Positions 1-10,048 of a stretch of 64,000 nucleotides of DNA are shown here, in pieces. Position 1 is the stretch's first letter. Each line of letters starts with the position of its first letter. The DNA comes from an uncultured Azospirillaceae bacterium (GTDB lineage Bacteria; Pseudomonadota; Alphaproteobacteria; RF32; CAG-239). Location: positions 1,486-65,485 of the forward strand of contig CAYPFN010000004.1 of NCBI GenBank assembly GCA_964410325.1, given 5' to 3'. Both the position numbers and the translations under genes were made by a program. The notes under the pieces were generated by a model, which was not told the origin of the DNA, did no database searches, and saw only the letters and a program-made list of their open reading frames with translations.

Positions 1-687
1 AAACCGAACAATTCAACATCATAACGGCGGCGACCGAGTTCGGTGCCAGAAACGATATTACCCCATTGGTCAGCGCCGGCAATCTGCGCGCGGCAGCCAT
101 ATTTTTGATAGAGCACGCAAAAATCATAACCTTGCAGAAGTTGATAATTAAACTCTAAAAAAGACATTGGTTGTTCACGTTCTAAACGACTTTTAACGCT
201 ATCCATCGTCAACATACGATTAACCGAATAACATGTACCGATATCGCGTAAAAATGCCAAATAATTAATATCTTTAAACCAATCCCAGTTATCAACCATT
301 TCCGCAGCATTTACACCGTTTTCAAAATTTAAAAACTTGCGAAAAGATTTTTTTAAGCCCTCCGTATTATGCGCCAAAGTTTCTTCGCTTAAAAACGGGC
401 GCAGTTTATCTTTGCCCGATGGATCGCCTATGCGGGCCGTGGCACCGCCGACTAATGTTAATGGTTTATGGCCGCATTTTTGAAACCAGCGTAGCATCAT
501 AACCGGCACAATATGTCCAACATGAAGACTATCGCCAGTAGGATCCGAACCTAGATAGCCGACGGCGGGAATACCTTTTTTTTCGCAATCGGCAAGATAC
601 TCATCAAAACCACTGTCGTTAGTACATTGATTATAAAAGCCGCGTTCAACCATAATATTTAAAAATTCGGATTTCCAAGTGCTCATT
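1..687 (-). CDS. tyrS: Tyrosyl-tRNA synthetase, N-terminal part (gene continues beyond window start)
   Basis: Reverse-strand translation from ATG at 685-687 begins MSTWKSEFLNIMVERGF..GSDPTGDSLHVGHIVPVMMLRWFQKCGH. This carries the class I HIGH-type motif (HVGH) typical of TyrS. Absent from the ORF track because it runs off the window edge. Confidence 0.75.
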
Positions 688-761
688 TTTCTTTCCTTTA
701 TACTAAATTTTAACGCATATTAGCATATATTTGCAACATTGCAAGAAGCGAGGTAAAATTT

Positions 762-1871
762 TTGACAATGATGATAAAGCCTTTAAATGTGCTCGGCTTG
801 ATGGGCGGAACTTCTTTAGACGGTATTAAAGCTGCCTTGATTTCAACCGACGGCGTGGATATTTATGAGGTTAAAAATGCGCGAAATTTCATTTATCCAG
901 ATGGGCTTATACAAAAAATCCGTTCGGTTTTTGGTATGCATTATTCTAATCCTGAAGAACAAGAAAAAATTGATGCCGTGGAAGCAGAGGTAACAGATTT
1001 TTTATGTGAAATAGTATCTGAAATTAATGCTGAAACTTCTGAAACCATTGATGTTGTTGGTCTTGAAGGGCCGACCATCTGCCACGAGCCGGAAAATGGT
1101 TATACTTATCAACTTGGTAAGGGGCAGACGTTGGCAGAAAAAACCGGTATAAAAGTTATTACTCATTTTAGAAATGCTGATATTTTAAACGGCGGGCAGG
1201 GTTCGCCGATTACGGCAACATATTACAGCGCCTTAGCACAAGGGCTTGAAAAACCTAATGTGTTTATTAACATAGGTGGCATTACAAATCTTATTTGGAC
1301 CGGCCATTTAGGAGAAATCGTAGCATTTGACTGCGGGCCGGGAAACGCTTTAATTAATGATTGGGTTTTTAAACACGGCGGTATGCAAATGGATTTCAAC
1401 GGTAAATTAGCCGCAACTGGAACTGTTCATGAGAAAATTATCAATCAAATGATGAAACATGATTTTTTTGCTAAATATCCGCCGAAATCACTTGACCGAA
1501 ATTCGTTTAACGATAAAACCGAACATCTGGAAGGTTTATCTTTGGAAGACGGCGCGGCGACGGCCACCGCTTTTATAAGCGAAGCAATTGCTTACTCTCT
1601 TGCCCTTTATTTGCCGGAAGTTCCAGTTTGTGCCGTACTTTGTGGCGGCGGCGCGCAAAATCCGACATTGGTACGTTTTATTCGCCAGCATTTAAAAAGT
1701 ATGAAAATTGAATCGGTTTTAGAAGATGTTTTTGATTTTAAAATCGGCGATGCTCCAGCTATTGCTTTTTTAGCAATGCGCCGGCTCTATTCTTTACCGA
1801 TAACTTTTCCGACAACGACGGGAATTGCCCAACCGATGATCGGCGGAAAAATTTATGAGAAGGATACTTAA
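762..1871 (+). CDS. anmK: Anhydro-N-acetylmuramic acid kinase
   Basis: 369-aa ORF. The N-terminal GLMGGTSLDGIKAAL and overall length fit AnmK, and tyrS is adjacent as in many alphaproteobacteria. Confidence 0.8.
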   Translation: MTMMIKPLNVLGLMGGTSLDGIKAALISTDGVDIYEVKNARNFIYPDGLIQKIRSVFGMHYSNPEEQEKIDAVEAEVTDFLCEIVSEINAETSETIDVVGLEGPTICHEPENGYTYQLGKGQTLAEKTGIKVITHFRNADILNGGQGSPITATYYSALAQGLEKPNVFINIGGITNLIWTGHLGEIVAFDCGPGNALINDWVFKHGGMQMDFNGKLAATGTVHEKIINQMMKHDFFAKYPPKSLDRNSFNDKTEHLEGLSLEDGAATATAFISEAIAYSLALYLPEVPVCAVLCGGGAQNPTLVRFIRQHLKSMKIESVLEDVFDFKIGDAPAIAFLAMRRLYSLPITFPTTTGIAQPMIGGKIYEKDT

Positions 1872-1873
1872 AC

Positions 1874-2590
1874 ATGAAAGAATCTATTCAAACACAGAAT
1901 TTAAGCAAAGTTTACGGCAGTCTAAAAGCCGTGGAAAACTTTACTTTTTCTGCACAAAAAGGCGAAGTTATCGCCCTTTTAGGCCCAAACGGTGCCGGAA
2001 AATCAACTTTAATGAATATGATTACTGGATTTTTAGCACCCACTGCTGGAAAAATTTTTATTAATGGTTTGAATATTGCAGAGTATCCGTTGGAAACTAA
2101 AGCTAAAATCGGTTTTTTACCTGAAGGCTCGCCCTTGTATCCGGATATGAGCGTTAAAATGTTCTTGCATTATATGGCTGATTTACGGCAAGTTGGAAAA
2201 AAGGAAATTGAACACGCTATAGAATTGGCGAATATTGAAAATGTTCTAAAACAAAAAATTGAAACATTGTCTAAAGGATATCTCCGTCGCGTTGGTTTTG
2301 CCCAGAGTATTTTAAGCAATCCGGACATTTTATTGCTGGACGAACCGACTGATGGGCTTGATCCAAATCAAAAAGAGCATATGCGGCGGTTGATTGCGCA
2401 AATGGGAAAAGATAAAACTATCTTGATTTCTACGCATTTGCTGGAAGAGGCGGAAACAATCTGCACGCGTATTATCTTAATTAACAAAGGAAAAATTATG
2501 GCTGACGGCAACTGCAGCAAAATCTTGCAAAAAGCCAAAACTAAAAATCTGGCCGAAGCATTTAAAAAACTGACACAAGGCACAGAATAA
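1874..2590 (+). CDS. ABC transporter ATP-binding protein (partner of downstream ABC-2/GldG-like fusion)
   Basis: Walker A GPNGAGKST, signature LSKGYLRRVG, Walker B LLLDEPTDGLD. Its start is 3 nt after the anmK stop. Confidence 0.8.
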   Translation: MKESIQTQNLSKVYGSLKAVENFTFSAQKGEVIALLGPNGAGKSTLMNMITGFLAPTAGKIFINGLNIAEYPLETKAKIGFLPEGSPLYPDMSVKMFLHYMADLRQVGKKEIEHAIELANIENVLKQKIETLSKGYLRRVGFAQSILSNPDILLLDEPTDGLDPNQKEHMRRLIAQMGKDKTILISTHLLEEAETICTRIILINKGKIMADGNCSKILQKAKTKNLAEAFKKLTQGTE

Positions 2591-2620
2591 CAGAGATTTT
2601 ATCTAAAAGAGGACAAGCAT

Positions 2621-5600
2621 ATGAAAGGTTTATGGATTGTAACAAAAAATGAACTGTTGCGCTATTTCATTTCACCACTGGCGTATGTTTATTTGATGTC
2701 TTTTTTAATCTTAAACACGGCGATGGCTTTTTATTTTGGAAACTTTTTTGAACGTGGGCAAGCTTCCCTGCAAGTAATGTTTGCTTTTCAGCCTTGGCTT
2801 TACTTATTGTTTATACCAGGGATTTCCATGCGTTTATGGGCTGAGGAATTTCGAACCAAAACAATTGTACAAATTATGACTATGCCGGTTTCAATTGAGG
2901 TGTTGGTGTGGGGAAAATTTTTGGCCGCATGGTTGTTTTGTGCCCTAGCGCTTATTTTAACTTTCCCATTTTGGCTGACGGTGAATATGCTTGGTGCTCC
3001 TGATAATGCTGTTATTGCTGTCAGTTATGCCGGTAGTTTTGTTCTGGCGGGTTGCATGCTTGCCATTTCGCAAACCATGTCTGCTTTGACCAAAAACCAA
3101 GTTATCGCTTTGGTGCTTTCTGTAGCGGCAAATTTAATGTTTTTTTGGAGTGGCGTAGAATTTATTTTATCTTTTTTCCGGTTGTTTTTACCTGATTATA
3201 TGATTGATGCTATTGCTTCTTTCAGCTTTTTAACACACTTCAGCAGCATTACTGGCGGTTTGCTTGAACTGCGTGACGTTTTATTTTTTGCTTCCATCGT
3301 TATTTTGTTTAATTTCACTACAGTTTTGATTGTCAGTTTCCGCACGGCAGGCACTTCTTCTTGGTTAAAATCGACCAATCGCCCCTATTATATTTCCGCG
3401 TGGATAATGCTGGTGCTGGGATTTATGGGCTTTAATCTGCTGGCCAACAATCTTACCCGTGGCACACAAATAGATTTCAGCGAAGACGCAATTTATACAC
3501 TTAACAAAGATACGGTCATGACGTTGCAAAATTTAACCGAGCCGGTTACTGCCAAATTATATTATTCAACAATTTTGGAGCAACGCAATCCGATTATGCG
3601 CCAGATGTTTGATAAAATTCGTCAGCTTTTGGCGCAGTATAAAACTCATTCCAATGGTAGATTTGATTACCGGATTTATCATCCGCAAAATCTTGATAAT
3701 GTTGAAGATCGAGCCATTGCCGACGGTATTCAACCAATACCTTTAATTGACATTAATCAAAATGCGTTGTTTGGCTTAACCGTTACCGATACGCTACAGA
3801 ATAAAAATGTTATTCCTTATTTTACGCCGGCTCGAATGGCTTTTTTGGAGCAGGATTTAACTTCTCTTATTTATCAGCTGGGGCGTGAGAAAAAAACAGT
3901 GGCAGTCTTATCAACATTGCCGATTAACGGCGGTGGCACTGACAGCATGATATTGCAGCCCTGGGAAATCACCCGGCAGATTGGAATGTTTTACAATGTT
4001 CGTTATATTCAAAAACCGGAAGATTTGGATGATCATCCAGATGTGCTTATTCTTATTCATCCGCAAAACATTGGTTCGGGAATGGCCGAAGCTATTAAAA
4101 AATATTCGCAAAATTATGGGAATATTCTTTTGCTTTTGGACGGAGCCGCAGAGGCGCCAAGGCTTTATTCTTCGGTAAACCTTCCCTTTCAGGCATCAAA
4201 CTTAAACGGGCTTGATGAGTTTTGGGGAATTCGTTTTTATAATGAATATGTGGTGGCGGATTTGGATAATTCTATTACTGTAGATGCAACCAGCAATTAT
4301 AAAAACAATCCCGCTTTTACACAGGATATCATTCAATTTAAACTTAAAAAAGAAAACTTTAATCCGAAACATCCAGTTAGCAAAAACTTACAAAGCATGC
4401 TGATGTCATCCGTTTCCGTAATTATGCCGATAAGCCGTGATATTGAATTTATTCCGCTTATGCAGGCCAGCAACAATTCTTCTTTAATGCCTATCAAAGT
4501 TGTGTACGACGGTTTAAATCCACGGCAAGTATTAACATATTTCCAGGCAGATGACAACCCAAAGATTTTAGCGGCGGCTATTCATGGCAAAAAACCAGAT
4601 AATCAATTTAATATGATTGTGGTCGGAGATACGGATTTTATTTATGATAATTTTTGGGTAACATCACAGACAATTTTGGAGCGAACATTTTTTATTCCGT
4701 TGTTTAATAATGCCGACTTTATCTTAAACAGTCTGGATTATCTGACGAATAATAGAGATTTATTGGAGCTACGCGGTAAAAGTGCCCGCAGCCGCGAGTT
4801 TTCAGATATTGAAAAACTGCGTAAACAAAACGTCTTCCTATATAAAATTAAGGAAGAAAAAATTTTTACACGGATGAACAATGTTAAAAATCAGTTACAG
4901 GAAATTTGGAGTAAGCGGGATTTTGAAGAGCGCGAAATTTTTACTGCCGACGAACTGGCTCTTATCAGTAGCATTCGTAAACAATTGGAAGAACTCCGAC
5001 AAGAATTAAGCAATATCCGCTTGCAAGCCAACCGCGATATTAGTCAAATTGCCGCAAAAATTAAATTTATTAATATTTTTGCCCTACCGTTAGTATTAAG
5101 CTTGATATTGCTGATTTTTCTGTGGTTAAAAAAAGACAAAAGAACTTATGGAACGCCTCTTAAATTTAATCGAGCGTTATTGAAACTCTTTCTGACGGCC
5201 GTTGCCGTACTGTCAGCTGGTATTGCTTCCGTTTATTTTTCCAATCTGTCAGATATTCAGAAATATGAAGATAAACCTCTGTTTCCGAAATTACCTGAAC
5301 AAATTAATCAGATGCAGTCAATCATCATCAAAAACAATAAGCATAGTCTTCATTTTATTAACGATAAGGGAATATGGAAGATTGAAGAACATTCCGATTT
5401 TCCTGTTTTTCAAGAACGCATCCGTAGTTTTTTGAGCGCCTTGATAGAAGCCAGATTTTATGAGAAAAAATCTGATAAAGCTGAAAATTTGGCCTTGTTT
5501 GGTTTACAGCCGATTGAAGTTGAAAATTCACCTAATACAAGGATTGAGCTTTTAAATACCGATAGCAATCCGATTTTAAGTTTTGAAGTAGGCAAATACA

Positions 5601-6070
5601 ATATAGACCTTGGGCGAGGCTCTTATGCCGCGTATGTTAAATTTGACGGACAGTTTCAAGTTTGGTTGGCAGAAGCTGATTTTATAGACCTCTCAACCGA
5701 TTGGCAAAAATGGACATACAGTCGCATTTGGGATTTACGGTTCGGACGCTTAGAAAGCGTCAATGGCATTAGCGATGTTGATAAGCTTGCCGATATCATG
5801 AGGATCTTTTTAAATACACCGTTTTATTCATCCGTGCCGGAACTTGAAAATCCTAAAAAATTGCTGGATTTGCAAATTATGGCTGAATATGACAACCAGA
5901 TAAAAATCAGTTTTTATAAATATGCTGAAAAGTTTTGGGTAAAATATGAGTTTGAACGTCCGGCGCAAGGAAAACATTTGCAATTTTATGAGCCTTATGT
6001 TATGGGGCGCTTTTTAGAAATTTCCGCAACGGATTGGGAACAGATAAAAAATGTCGCATGTTTTGACTGA
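2621..6070 (+). CDS. Fused ABC-2 family permease / GldG-like ABC auxiliary domain / DUF4340-like C-terminal domain (1149 aa)
   Basis: The N-terminal ~240 aa carry multiple hydrophobic helices (ABC-2 permease like GldF). The middle has a GldG-like periplasmic region followed by a TM anchor (FINIFALPLVLSLILLIFLWL). A long C-terminal soluble domain follows. Confidence 0.65.
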   Translation: MKGLWIVTKNELLRYFISPLAYVYLMSFLILNTAMAFYFGNFFERGQASLQVMFAFQPWLYLLFIPGISMRLWAEEFRTKTIVQIMTMPVSIEVLVWGKFLAAWLFCALALILTFPFWLTVNMLGAPDNAVIAVSYAGSFVLAGCMLAISQTMSALTKNQVIALVLSVAANLMFFWSGVEFILSFFRLFLPDYMIDAIASFSFLTHFSSITGGLLELRDVLFFASIVILFNFTTVLIVSFRTAGTSSWLKSTNRPYYISAWIMLVLGFMGFNLLANNLTRGTQIDFSEDAIYTLNKDTVMTLQNLTEPVTAKLYYSTILEQRNPIMRQMFDKIRQLLAQYKTHSNGRFDYRIYHPQNLDNVEDRAIADGIQPIPLIDINQNALFGLTVTDTLQNKNVIPYFTPARMAFLEQDLTSLIYQLGREKKTVAVLSTLPINGGGTDSMILQPWEITRQIGMFYNVRYIQKPEDLDDHPDVLILIHPQNIGSGMAEAIKKYSQNYGNILLLLDGAAEAPRLYSSVNLPFQASNLNGLDEFWGIRFYNEYVVADLDNSITVDATSNYKNNPAFTQDIIQFKLKKENFNPKHPVSKNLQSMLMSSVSVIMPISRDIEFIPLMQASNNSSLMPIKVVYDGLNPRQVLTYFQADDNPKILAAAIHGKKPDNQFNMIVVGDTDFIYDNFWVTSQTILERTFFIPLFNNADFILNSLDYLTNNRDLLELRGKSARSREFSDIEKLRKQNVFLYKIKEEKIFTRMNNVKNQLQEIWSKRDFEEREIFTADELALISSIRKQLEELRQELSNIRLQANRDISQIAAKIKFINIFALPLVLSLILLIFLWLKKDKRTYGTPLKFNRALLKLFLTAVAVLSAGIASVYFSNLSDIQKYEDKPLFPKLPEQINQMQSIIIKNNKHSLHFINDKGIWKIEEHSDFPVFQERIRSFLSALIEARFYEKKSDKAENLALFGLQPIEVENSPNTRIELLNTDSNPILSFEVGKYNIDLGRGSYAAYVKFDGQFQVWLAEADFIDLSTDWQKWTYSRIWDLRFGRLESVNGISDVDKLADIMRIFLNTPFYSSVPELENPKKLLDLQIMAEYDNQIKISFYKYAEKFWVKYEFERPAQGKHLQFYEPYVMGRFLEISATDWEQIKNVACFD

Positions 6071-6105
6071 ACATTATAATCGACTTAAAAAACGGCGACA
6101 TATAA

Positions 6106-6282
6106 ATACATTTAGAACTTGATGGTAAATTAACGCTTAATAAAGCGTATGAACTGACGGATATGGTAGAAGACAAAATCAAGACAGTTTTTCCTGACGA
6201 GCAAGTGATTATTCATCATGATCCTTACAGACCACATGAAAATCGGCTGAATTACACCATTGAAGGCAAGCGCGGTTTTTAA
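6106..6282 (+). pseudogene. Remnant of a cation diffusion facilitator (CDF) transporter, C-terminal ~55 codons only, with no start codon
   Basis: The stop-to-stop frame translates to LDGKLTLNKAYELTDMVEDKIKTVFPDEQVIIHHDPYRPHE.., which resembles the CDF cytoplasmic C-terminal domain (..L.v.eaH.i.d.ie..i...fp....v.iH.eP). No upstream in-frame start or TM region is present. Confidence 0.4.
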
Positions 6283-6623
6283 ATACAGCGTTCAAATTTA
6301 TAAAGATTAAACACGTATAAATCAACTCTATTTTGGTTTTAGCGGCTGGTTTGCCGCTATAAACAAAGCCATCTTGCAAAATCGGCTATTATAGAGCTGA
6401 TAAAATTACTGGCGAATATGAATACTAGAAATTTCATTAATCCTTAGAAAAAGTCCTCAAGGATTTTTTCTTTTTTTATTATTTATCCAAATTTCTCCTA
6501 ACGGCGTATTTAACCAGCACCTGACCAAAGTTTTCCCACTATTTGAAATAATATCCCAGATCCTCGTCACTTTTCCAAACATCACTCGTATAATGTCAAT
6601 AATTTTCCCATTAATACACTAAA

Positions 6624-6649
6624 AGCTCCTTAATTAGAATTAAGGAGCT
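6624..6649 (-). terminator. Hairpin terminator downstream of the 136-aa ORF
   Basis: 10-bp perfect inverted repeat with a 6-nt loop, followed on the minus strand by TTTT. Confidence 0.45.
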
Positions 6650-6650
6650 T

Positions 6651-7061
6651 TCAGCCAAGTCTTAAAAACGGGCGGGTATAAGCATGTTGGCTTTCTTCTA
6701 TATATATTTCCCGTCCCGACGAAAAATCTAACCCTTGACGTATGTCAAAATCTACCTTCGTTCGACCCCAATATTTATTCTTGTGCAGGGGCGGAAGATT
6801 TAACATTGTCAAGGTTTGATCAACCTCTTCCCTGTAATCAAGCAATATTTGCAGTTGCTTGCTATTAGGGATAACCCAGTACAAATTGCCAATATCCAGT
6901 TCATAGCACATTTTACTGGCTTCTCTCCAACGTAATTTCGGCAAATCTTTAACATATACCGCAACCTCATCTCCTTTGAGGAAAATGGCTACTGGTTGAG
7001 AATTTTCAAGATATCGAGATTCGCCATTTTCGTACAAAACCATTAAAGGTAATTTATCCAT
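6651..7061 (-). CDS. Hypothetical protein (136 aa)
   Basis: Clean ORF with a perfect 10-bp hairpin (agctccttaa/ttaaggagct) immediately downstream at 6624-6649. No recognisable motif. Confidence 0.45.
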   Translation of the reverse strand: MDKLPLMVLYENGESRYLENSQPVAIFLKGDEVAVYVKDLPKLRWREASKMCYELDIGNLYWVIPNSKQLQILLDYREEVDQTLTMLNLPPLHKNKYWGRTKVDFDIRQGLDFSSGREIYIEESQHAYTRPFLRLG

Positions 7062-7119
7062 ATATAAATAATTTTTATTTGTCAGTTAATTTGACATACA
7101 AAACAAATTTTGTCAAGCA

Positions 7120-8187
7120 TTAGTTCTGTTCTTTTTGTGACTTTAGTTGCCCGCAGGCCGCTAAAATATCTTGTCCGCGTGCCACACGCACCGGAGCGGC
7201 AAAACCTGATTTTTCCAGAATATTGGCAAAAGCCTCGATGTTTTTATCAGAACTCGGTTTAAAACTGCATCCCGGCCAAGGATTAAAAGGTATCAGGTTA
7301 AAAGAAGCGCGAATTTTGTATTTTTTCATTAAAACCGTTAATTCTCGGGCATGTTCCAGAGAATCGTTTATTCCGTCCAGCATTAAATATTCAAAAGTAA
7401 TGTAGCGGCTGCCATCGATTTCCTGATATTTCTGGCAAGCTTTTAAAATTTCTTCTATCGGATAACGGTCATTTATCGGCATAATTTGTGAACGAATCCG
7501 ATTGTTCGGTGCATGCAGTGAAACTGCCAGGCGGACGCCCGTGGCTTTTAAAACAGGTACAATTTTCGGAACAATGCCAGAAGTTGACATTGTTACTCGC
7601 CGGCGGGATATGGCAATGCCATCACCGTCAGTTAAAATATTTAGAGCTTTGATAATATTATCCGGATTATGCAACGGCTCACCCATGCCCATAACGACAA
7701 TATTTGACAGATAGCGTATTTCATCGGTTGGACTCGGCCATTCGCCGTAAGTATCGCGCGCCACCATAAATTGACCGACTATTTCGCCAGCCGTTAGATT
7801 CCTCGTCAATTTTTGGCTACCAGTATGGCAAAATCTGCAACCGACAGCACAGCCTACTTGAGTAGATATACACACGGTACCCCGATCGTTTTCCGGAATA
7901 TAAACCATTTCTACCCTTTGGCCGTCTTGAAATTCCAGCAGCCATTTGCGGGTTTTGTCTTTAGAAAGCTGTTCGGCGATAATTTTCGGACGGGTAATTA
8001 TAAAATTATCTTTAAGCTTTTGGCGCAGCTCCTTAGCAAGATTTGTCATCTTGTCAAAATCGGTTTCACCGTGGAAATACAGCCATTGCCAGAGTTGTTT
8101 GGCGCGAAACGGTTTTTCTCCGATTTTTGCAAGCAGTCGTTCTAGTTCGACTTTGCTTAACTCTGTCAGTTCAATTTTTTCAGCCAT
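7120..8187 (-). CDS. rlmN: 23S rRNA/tRNA adenine C2-methyltransferase, radical SAM
   Basis: 355 aa. Radical-SAM CxxxCxxC (CAVGCRFC), GMGEPL motif and a C-terminal CGQL. Confidence 0.85.
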   Translation of the reverse strand: MAEKIELTELSKVELERLLAKIGEKPFRAKQLWQWLYFHGETDFDKMTNLAKELRQKLKDNFIITRPKIIAEQLSKDKTRKWLLEFQDGQRVEMVYIPENDRGTVCISTQVGCAVGCRFCHTGSQKLTRNLTAGEIVGQFMVARDTYGEWPSPTDEIRYLSNIVVMGMGEPLHNPDNIIKALNILTDGDGIAISRRRVTMSTSGIVPKIVPVLKATGVRLAVSLHAPNNRIRSQIMPINDRYPIEEILKACQKYQEIDGSRYITFEYLMLDGINDSLEHARELTVLMKKYKIRASFNLIPFNPWPGCSFKPSSDKNIEAFANILEKSGFAAPVRVARGQDILAACGQLKSQKEQN

Positions 8188-8205
8188 TATTTTACGCCGT
8201 TCATG

Positions 8206-8712
8206 CTATTTTTTGCCGCATTTGGCGCTTATAGCGTTATAAGCCCGGGTAAAACCAGAAAGGGAATAAGTGTCTTTGGTTTTGGTTCCCCGAGAGGACA
8301 CGCCGTTAACAATCATGCGCTGTCCACGTTTCATGGCCGCCACCAGCGCTTTATCGTCTTTTTCGGTTAAAGTCCAGGCTTTATCATCATCAATAAAAAA
8401 TTTATCAAATGTCTGCGTACCGATTTTAACCGTCACTTTGGCGCTTTTTTGATATGTATAACCGGCTACCAGATTAAAAACGTCAAAACTGTTTTCTCCT
8501 GGACGATGGGTTACAACGGCATAAATATCGCCGCGGCGGGTATATTTTCCTTCATCTCTTTTAGGGACAGAGGCCATATAACAAACGTTTTTTCCGTTTT
8601 CTTTATAGGTGTATGCTACCCAATCGCCATATTCGCCGATTAAACGTGGCGCCTCTATGGCGTAAGACGCTTTTGTAAACAAAAAAGTTGCTAAAATTAA
8701 ATACTTAAACAT
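8206..8712 (-). CDS. ialB: Invasion-associated locus B (IalB) family protein
   Basis: Likely start at the internal Met (MFKYLILATFLFTKASYA, a signal peptide). IalB-like EYGDWVAYTYKENGKNVCYM...VVTHRPG...VNGVSSRGT. The track ORF extends to 8853 in AT-rich sequence. Confidence 0.65.
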   Translation of the reverse strand: MFKYLILATFLFTKASYAIEAPRLIGEYGDWVAYTYKENGKNVCYMASVPKRDEGKYTRRGDIYAVVTHRPGENSFDVFNLVAGYTYQKSAKVTVKIGTQTFDKFFIDDDKAWTLTEKDDKALVAAMKRGQRMIVNGVSSRGTKTKDTYSLSGFTRAYNAISAKCGKK

Positions 8713-8815
8713 TTTAAAATACCCACATATTTCAAATTTGATGAAAATATTGATTGCATTATAAATATAAACTGTTAAAAGAAAGCAAATATTTGAATCT
8801 TTTTGGAGCTCAAGT

Positions 8816-10048
8816 ATGATTCGACCAGAATATTTGGATATCAATAAAATCATTTCCGATAAAAGTATTTTAAAGTTGTTTCGTGCCGTTGCTGATCACG
8901 GTGGCATATTGCGGTTTGTCGGCGGCGCCGTACGTGATGTCTTAGCTGGATTGAAAGGTTTTGAAATTGATTTAGCCACTGATTTAACACCCGATGAGTT
9001 GGTTGAGGCTTGTCAAGACGCCGGATTAAAAACTGTACCGATCGGTATAAAATTTGCCATAACTGGCGTTGTTATAAATAATAAAATTATTGAAGTTTCC
9101 TCTCTGCACAGAGAACGTAAAGGTTATGCTTTAAATTCTGAATTTACTTTTACGGACGACTGGATTGCCGATGCCTCAAAACGCGATTTAACAATCAACG
9201 CTGTTTACGCCGATGAAAAAGGCAATGTTTTTGACTATTACAACGGCATTGATGACTTAGAACAGGGAATTATACGTTTTATCGGCAACGCTGATGATCG
9301 GATTAAGGAAAACCATATACGAATTATGCGCTTTTTCAGATTTTATTCAATTTTTGGGAAAAAAGCCCCTGATTTAAAATCTCTCAAAGCTTGTGTTGAA
9401 AATCGGGATTTGTTAAAAGATGTGGCGATTGAGCAGGTTCGCGACGAATTGTTTAAAATTTTACTGACGCCCAATGTTGTCAAAACCCTTCGTATGATTT
9501 TTGAAAATGATATTCTAAGTTACATTTTGCCAGTTTCGCCACATTTGGATGAGCTACAACGGCTTTCTGATATTATCATGAAAAACAATTTTGAACCCGA
9601 CGCCTTACGGCGGCTTTACGTACTTTATCATCCGGATAAAATGCTGGCGGAAAATCTGGCGATACGCTTACGTTTGACTAAAGAACAGAAAAACCGGCTG
9701 ATTAATTGGACAAAGTATGATTTTGACCACCGGCAGGCAGCTGATAATAACACATTGAAACAAGCTGTTTATTTATATGGGAAACAATTTTGCAAAGATA
9801 AACTTTTGTTTGATGCCGCACAAAACGGTACGGAACTTCTTTCTTTACCGGAAATTTTTGCCGAGATTGACCGTATAAACATTCCGCGGTTTCCGATTTC
9901 TGGCAACGATTTAATTGAAATAGGTATTCAGGATAAGGGAAAAATCGGCAAACTGCTAGGTGTTTTAAAAAACGAATGGATAAAAAGCGGATTTTCCATC
10001 ACATATCAACAACTTTCAGACCTTGCTAAGCTATTTATAAAACAATAG
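8816..10048 (+). CDS. cca: CCA-adding tRNA nucleotidyltransferase / poly(A) polymerase family protein
   Basis: 410 aa, GGAVRD motif (FVGGAVRDVLAG), and DLTINA for the nucleotidyltransferase head domain. Confidence 0.75.
   Translation: MIRPEYLDINKIISDKSILKLFRAVADHGGILRFVGGAVRDVLAGLKGFEIDLATDLTPDELVEACQDAGLKTVPIGIKFAITGVVINNKIIEVSSLHRERKGYALNSEFTFTDDWIADASKRDLTINAVYADEKGNVFDYYNGIDDLEQGIIRFIGNADDRIKENHIRIMRFFRFYSIFGKKAPDLKSLKACVENRDLLKDVAIEQVRDELFKILLTPNVVKTLRMIFENDILSYILPVSPHLDELQRLSDIIMKNNFEPDALRRLYVLYHPDKMLAENLAIRLRLTKEQKNRLINWTKYDFDHRQAADNNTLKQAVYLYGKQFCKDKLLFDAAQNGTELLSLPEIFAEIDRINIPRFPISGNDLIEIGIQDKGKIGKLLGVLKNEWIKSGFSITYQQLSDLAKLFIKQ

Noticed and set aside
1855-2064. 69-aa ORF spanning the anmK/ABC-ATPase junction
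   Set aside because: Overlaps two well-supported genes in another frame, with a basic low-complexity translation.
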